A stretch of 64,000 nucleotides of DNA from NCBI GenBank assembly GCA_044892525.1, contig CM097885.1, forward strand, positions 14,510,001-14,574,000, read 5' to 3'. The translations under genes and the position numbers were made by a program. The stretch comes from Schmidtea polychroa (Eukaryota). A model generated the notes under the pieces. That model saw only the letters and a program-made list of their open reading frames with translations, ran no database searches and had not been told where the DNA came from. This document shows, in pieces, positions 60,031 to 64,000 of this stretch; the first letter of the stretch is position 1; every line of letters begins with the position of its first letter.

Positions 60031-63000
60031 ATGTCGTTAACTTTTGAACAGGATTTAAAATATAATTTAGAAGATGTTTTAGCAGCTTCTAATATGGCGA
60101 CCACGTCTATGGATTTTTTCATAAAGAAGCTATTCCCAAATGCTTATCATATAGGAGATTATGTTGAAACATTCATTAAAGAATGCGATAAATATTTTAA
60201 AGTGGTACAAATGCCTACTTCAAGACAAGAAGTGATGATCGAATTACTGATCGATAAAGAGATCAGAGATATATATACAGGAGTTGACCAAAATATCAAA
60301 TGTTATAAGGAAAGATTGCGGAAGGCATTCGTCCAGAAAACAAGTTTGGCAGAGGATTTACAATCTGCTATATCTTATAGACAGACGACTGAGGAGCCCG
60401 ATAAATATTTTACTATCATAGACGAGTTAGTCGATAAAATATTGGGGCATGAGTTAACCAAGGAAAGTCTAACAGAATGTCTGCTAGTACACTGTGCAGC
60501 CGAGCAGACTTTAAAACGAGAATTGTGTCAAAATGACTCTAACGGAACAACAGAAGTGAAAAAAAAATCAAGAAGTTACACGAATCTTATATAGTTGCAG
60601 AAGAGATCTTTGCAGTGAGAGAAAGGAGGCCAGAACAGAATATAACAAGAAGTTACAGAGATGCGGTAACAAATCAAGCAAGAAATATTGTATCAGCAAG
60701 ATATAATAGCGAGCCGATAGATTATCGAGAAGAAATACCGAACAGAACTAAGAACGAATGTTGGACATGTCACAAGGTAGGACATTTGAGTAGCGATTAC
60801 ATAACAAAGAATGCAGTTACATGTTTTACATGTGGAAGACAAGGACATTTAAGAAGTCAGTGTCAACAGATGCAGAGAAAGGTAGTCGAATGTTATGCGT
60901 GTTGTAACCCGTGACACGTGAGAAGAAATCGTCAAAAAATAAAGTGTACGAGGTGTAGCTTTAGAGGTCATAAAGAGGCAGATTGTTACACAAATTTGGA
61001 GAGAATGAGATATCGGAGAATCAATGAGAATTTTGGAAGACAAGAAGAGCGATACGAAGCAGGGCATGGTTATCAAGGAACTAGAAAGGATACCAGACAA
61101 GCATACAAGAGATAAGTAGCATTCATAAACGAACCAAGTGATAAAAGAATAGAAGATAAATACAGAGAATACCCAAATATCAACACCCAGATAGAAGAGG
61201 AGATAGTCGGGCAGTGTGTTAAACAGCGATGCTGACTCCCAAATTATTAATTATTACAATAAAAGTAAAATATCATGTATTATAGAAAAAGATGTGAAAG
61301 ATACGGAGGTAACGGAAGAAGAAAATAATGTAATAAGAAAAGTAAACAGATTCCTAAAAAGAATTTTGCAGAAATAAAAAAAGACAAAATAGGAATTCTC
61401 ACATTAGACGAGTGGAAAAATGATATTATTAGTGCAAGACCGACCAAGTGTAACTATTAGAATACAAGACCAGAATATGGAATGCTTGCTCGATACAAGA
61501 GCTACAGTAAATGTCATGAGTTGGAGCAAATTTGAGAAACTTAAAGATGTAGAACTAACAATAACGACTGATACATTGAGATGTTCAAATAATAGTGTTT
61601 TAGAAACGAAAGGTAAAGCAATATTAAAAATAGGAATAAATGGTAGCAAAAACATGTAAAGTTTACGATGGTAAGATATATGATTCCAGAGGTAATTGGT
61701 GGTAGAAAGTTGCAAAAGCAATTTGGTATACAACTAAAGTTACCAGTAGAAGAGGTCTAGAAAATGAAGCAAGAGCACATATGCAGTATCGAAGCCAAAA
61801 ATAATAACTGAGATGGAACGATTTCAAAGAGCAAAGAATACTTTAAAGATAAATATCCCAATACTTCTAAACACTATAAAAAAAGAATCAAAATGTTTTT
61901 ATGGCTGATAAATGAGACATTGGCTGCACAAGGCTGTTGAAGCATAAAATAGAAACTATTTTAAAACCGATAAATATTAAACCTTCTAGACAACCAGTCA
62001 ACTTGGAAGGTAAAATAGTTGAAGCGATAAAAAACTTATGGGAAAATGATATTATCAAAAAGTGTAATTCGCCATGGAACACTCCATTAATATGCGCCTG
62101 AAAGAAAGAAAAGCAAGATTTCAGGCAATTATACCTGGTAACAGAGAGACAGGCGTTCCCTATGCTGAATATAGCAGTAATGTTAGATAAATTGGGTGGA
62201 GCAAAGTATTTCAGCTCGAGAGATCTTGAAAATGCATATTATCAAGTAGAACTAGAAAACGAATCCAAGTTGAAAACGGCGTTTTCAACCAAATCAGGTC
62301 AATACTGTTTTAACAGAATGCCTTTTGGAATAGCAGCGGCACCAGGTACGTTTCAGGAACTGATTGGAAAAGTATTAATGGGTACGAGATATGCAGCAGT
62401 GTACCTAGACGATATTTTGATATTTACAGAAACGATCAATCATAACTACGAAGTTTTAAATGAAGTGCTGTATAAAATTGGAAATGCGGGTCTTAGGATA
62501 AACCCTGAAAAGTGCCATATCCTTAAAGAAAAAGTAAAATATTTAGGTCGCATAATTAACAAGGATGGAATACAGACGAACCCGTCAAAGCTAGACGCTA
62601 TTAAATCATTTGAAAAGCCAAAATGTGTTAAGAATCTGAGAAGCTTCCAAGGAATATGCAATTACTACAGAAGATTTATAAATGAACACGCAAAAAATAT
62701 CAAGAGTTTTAGAAAAGATATGCGGGTTAAGCAACAAATAATTAATTTGGACTGACAAATGCAACATCGCATTCGAAAATATTTAATGTCCTCACCTATT
62801 CTAGGGTATCCAGATTTCGAAAGAGAATTCATTTTAGATACAGATGCGAGTTTTGACACGATTGGAGCAGTATTATCACAGAAAGACGACAACGGGTGCG
62901 AAAAGGTTACAGCATACGGTTCTCATGCAACGAAAAATCATGAAAGGGGATATTGCATAACAAGGAAAGAGTTGCTGGCAATCTATTATTTTTATCAACA

Positions 63001-63530
63001 CTTCAATCATTATTTATATGGAAAACGGTTCGCTTTGAGAACGGACCATAAAGGTATCAAATTTTTGTTATCTACAAAGATACCAATAACAACGCAATAT
63101 CAGACATGGATTAACTACCTCAGTAGTCCGGATCATGCAAATGCAGATATGTTGTCTAGGAGTACATGTGGAACATGCATACAATGTTTATTGGCACACG
63201 AAGACGCGAAAGTGGAAAGAATTGAAACCCGAAGAATAAACACGATGGAAAAAGCTGAAGATTATAAATAGCAAAAAGATAATACAGAAATAGAACAAAT
63301 AAAAAAGGAAAGGACAATGAAAGAACGAAAGTTGTGACAGCATAGATGAAGGAAGAGACAATAAAACTGACAGCACAGGATTCAAGTTGGAAATTTATAC
63401 TGGTTGACAACACGGGGAAAACTATTGAGGGTAAGATATGGATACCTAGATACAAAAGACAAGAAATGATAAGGAGTGTGCATATTTTGCTATCACACGC
63501 AGGAGCAGAACATTTAGTTAAATTTTTCTT
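60031..63530 (+). mobile_element. Decayed Ty3/gypsy element related to the 6.4-kb one, truncated early in integrase
   Basis: PBS TGGCGACCACG at 60095-60105, gag with several zinc knuckles, LLDTRATVNV protease, YLDD RT, DTDAS RNase H and HILLSHAG integrase start. Many stops and frameshifts. Confidence 0.93.
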
Positions 63531-64000
63531 CAACAAAATTTTTTGCGTAGCTAAATTTGCAAACTACTAAATAGAAACGAAAATTTTGAATTAATTGAAA
63601 ATTCAAAACAACTCATAAAATATATTTTTACAGTAATATATGGATTTTCAAAAGATGACTCCGCTAAATAATATCTGGAATTCTGCGAACATAATTTATC
63701 ATAATTCCAAAAATAAAAGTAAAAATTATTTATTAAAAATATTGCAATAGATTATTAAAAATAATAAAAAAAATTATTAATTATTTAAAAAAAATATTAA
63801 AAATGATAAAATAAAACATTATATTAAAGCTAATAAATTAATAAAATTTAAGGAGTCTAGAAATGAAATATTAAAATTAATAATAAAACTGAATTTTGAA
63901 AATAATTAAAAATAATACAGAACTTTAATAAATTTATGATCATAATAAAAATCAAAATCAAAATAATATTAAACAAAATGAAAGAATTAATAATTATTTT

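Overview
Very AT-rich eukaryotic DNA. The 44-60 nt introns, long (AAT)n/(TA)n tracts and dense transposon relics suggest a planarian-type flatworm (inference). Three host genes were reconstructed by hand from GT-AG exons: a SPATA48-like gene (+, ~5.5-14.0 kb, 5' end uncertain), a 7-exon ankyrin-repeat gene (-, 18.0-19.2 kb) and a 10-exon casein kinase I gamma gene (-, 32.9-59.5 kb, 465 aa). Mobile DNA includes a young, very compact 4.7-kb Ty3/gypsy element nested in the terminal repeat of a Penelope-like element, a second decayed gypsy element, and Penelope-type repeats carrying minimal hammerhead ribozymes (one intact, one core-mutated). There are also solo LTRs, hAT/piggyBac/Tc1 relics, MITEs, satellites, an inverted pair of Hsp90 pseudogene fragments and an isolated 28S rRNA fragment. 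The least explained feature is a ~4.4-kb GC-richer island (26.9-31.3 kb) with LTR-like ends. It encodes an AT-hook protein and two diverged paralogous coiled-coil/basic proteins sharing an EGTWFSP motif that I do not recognise.
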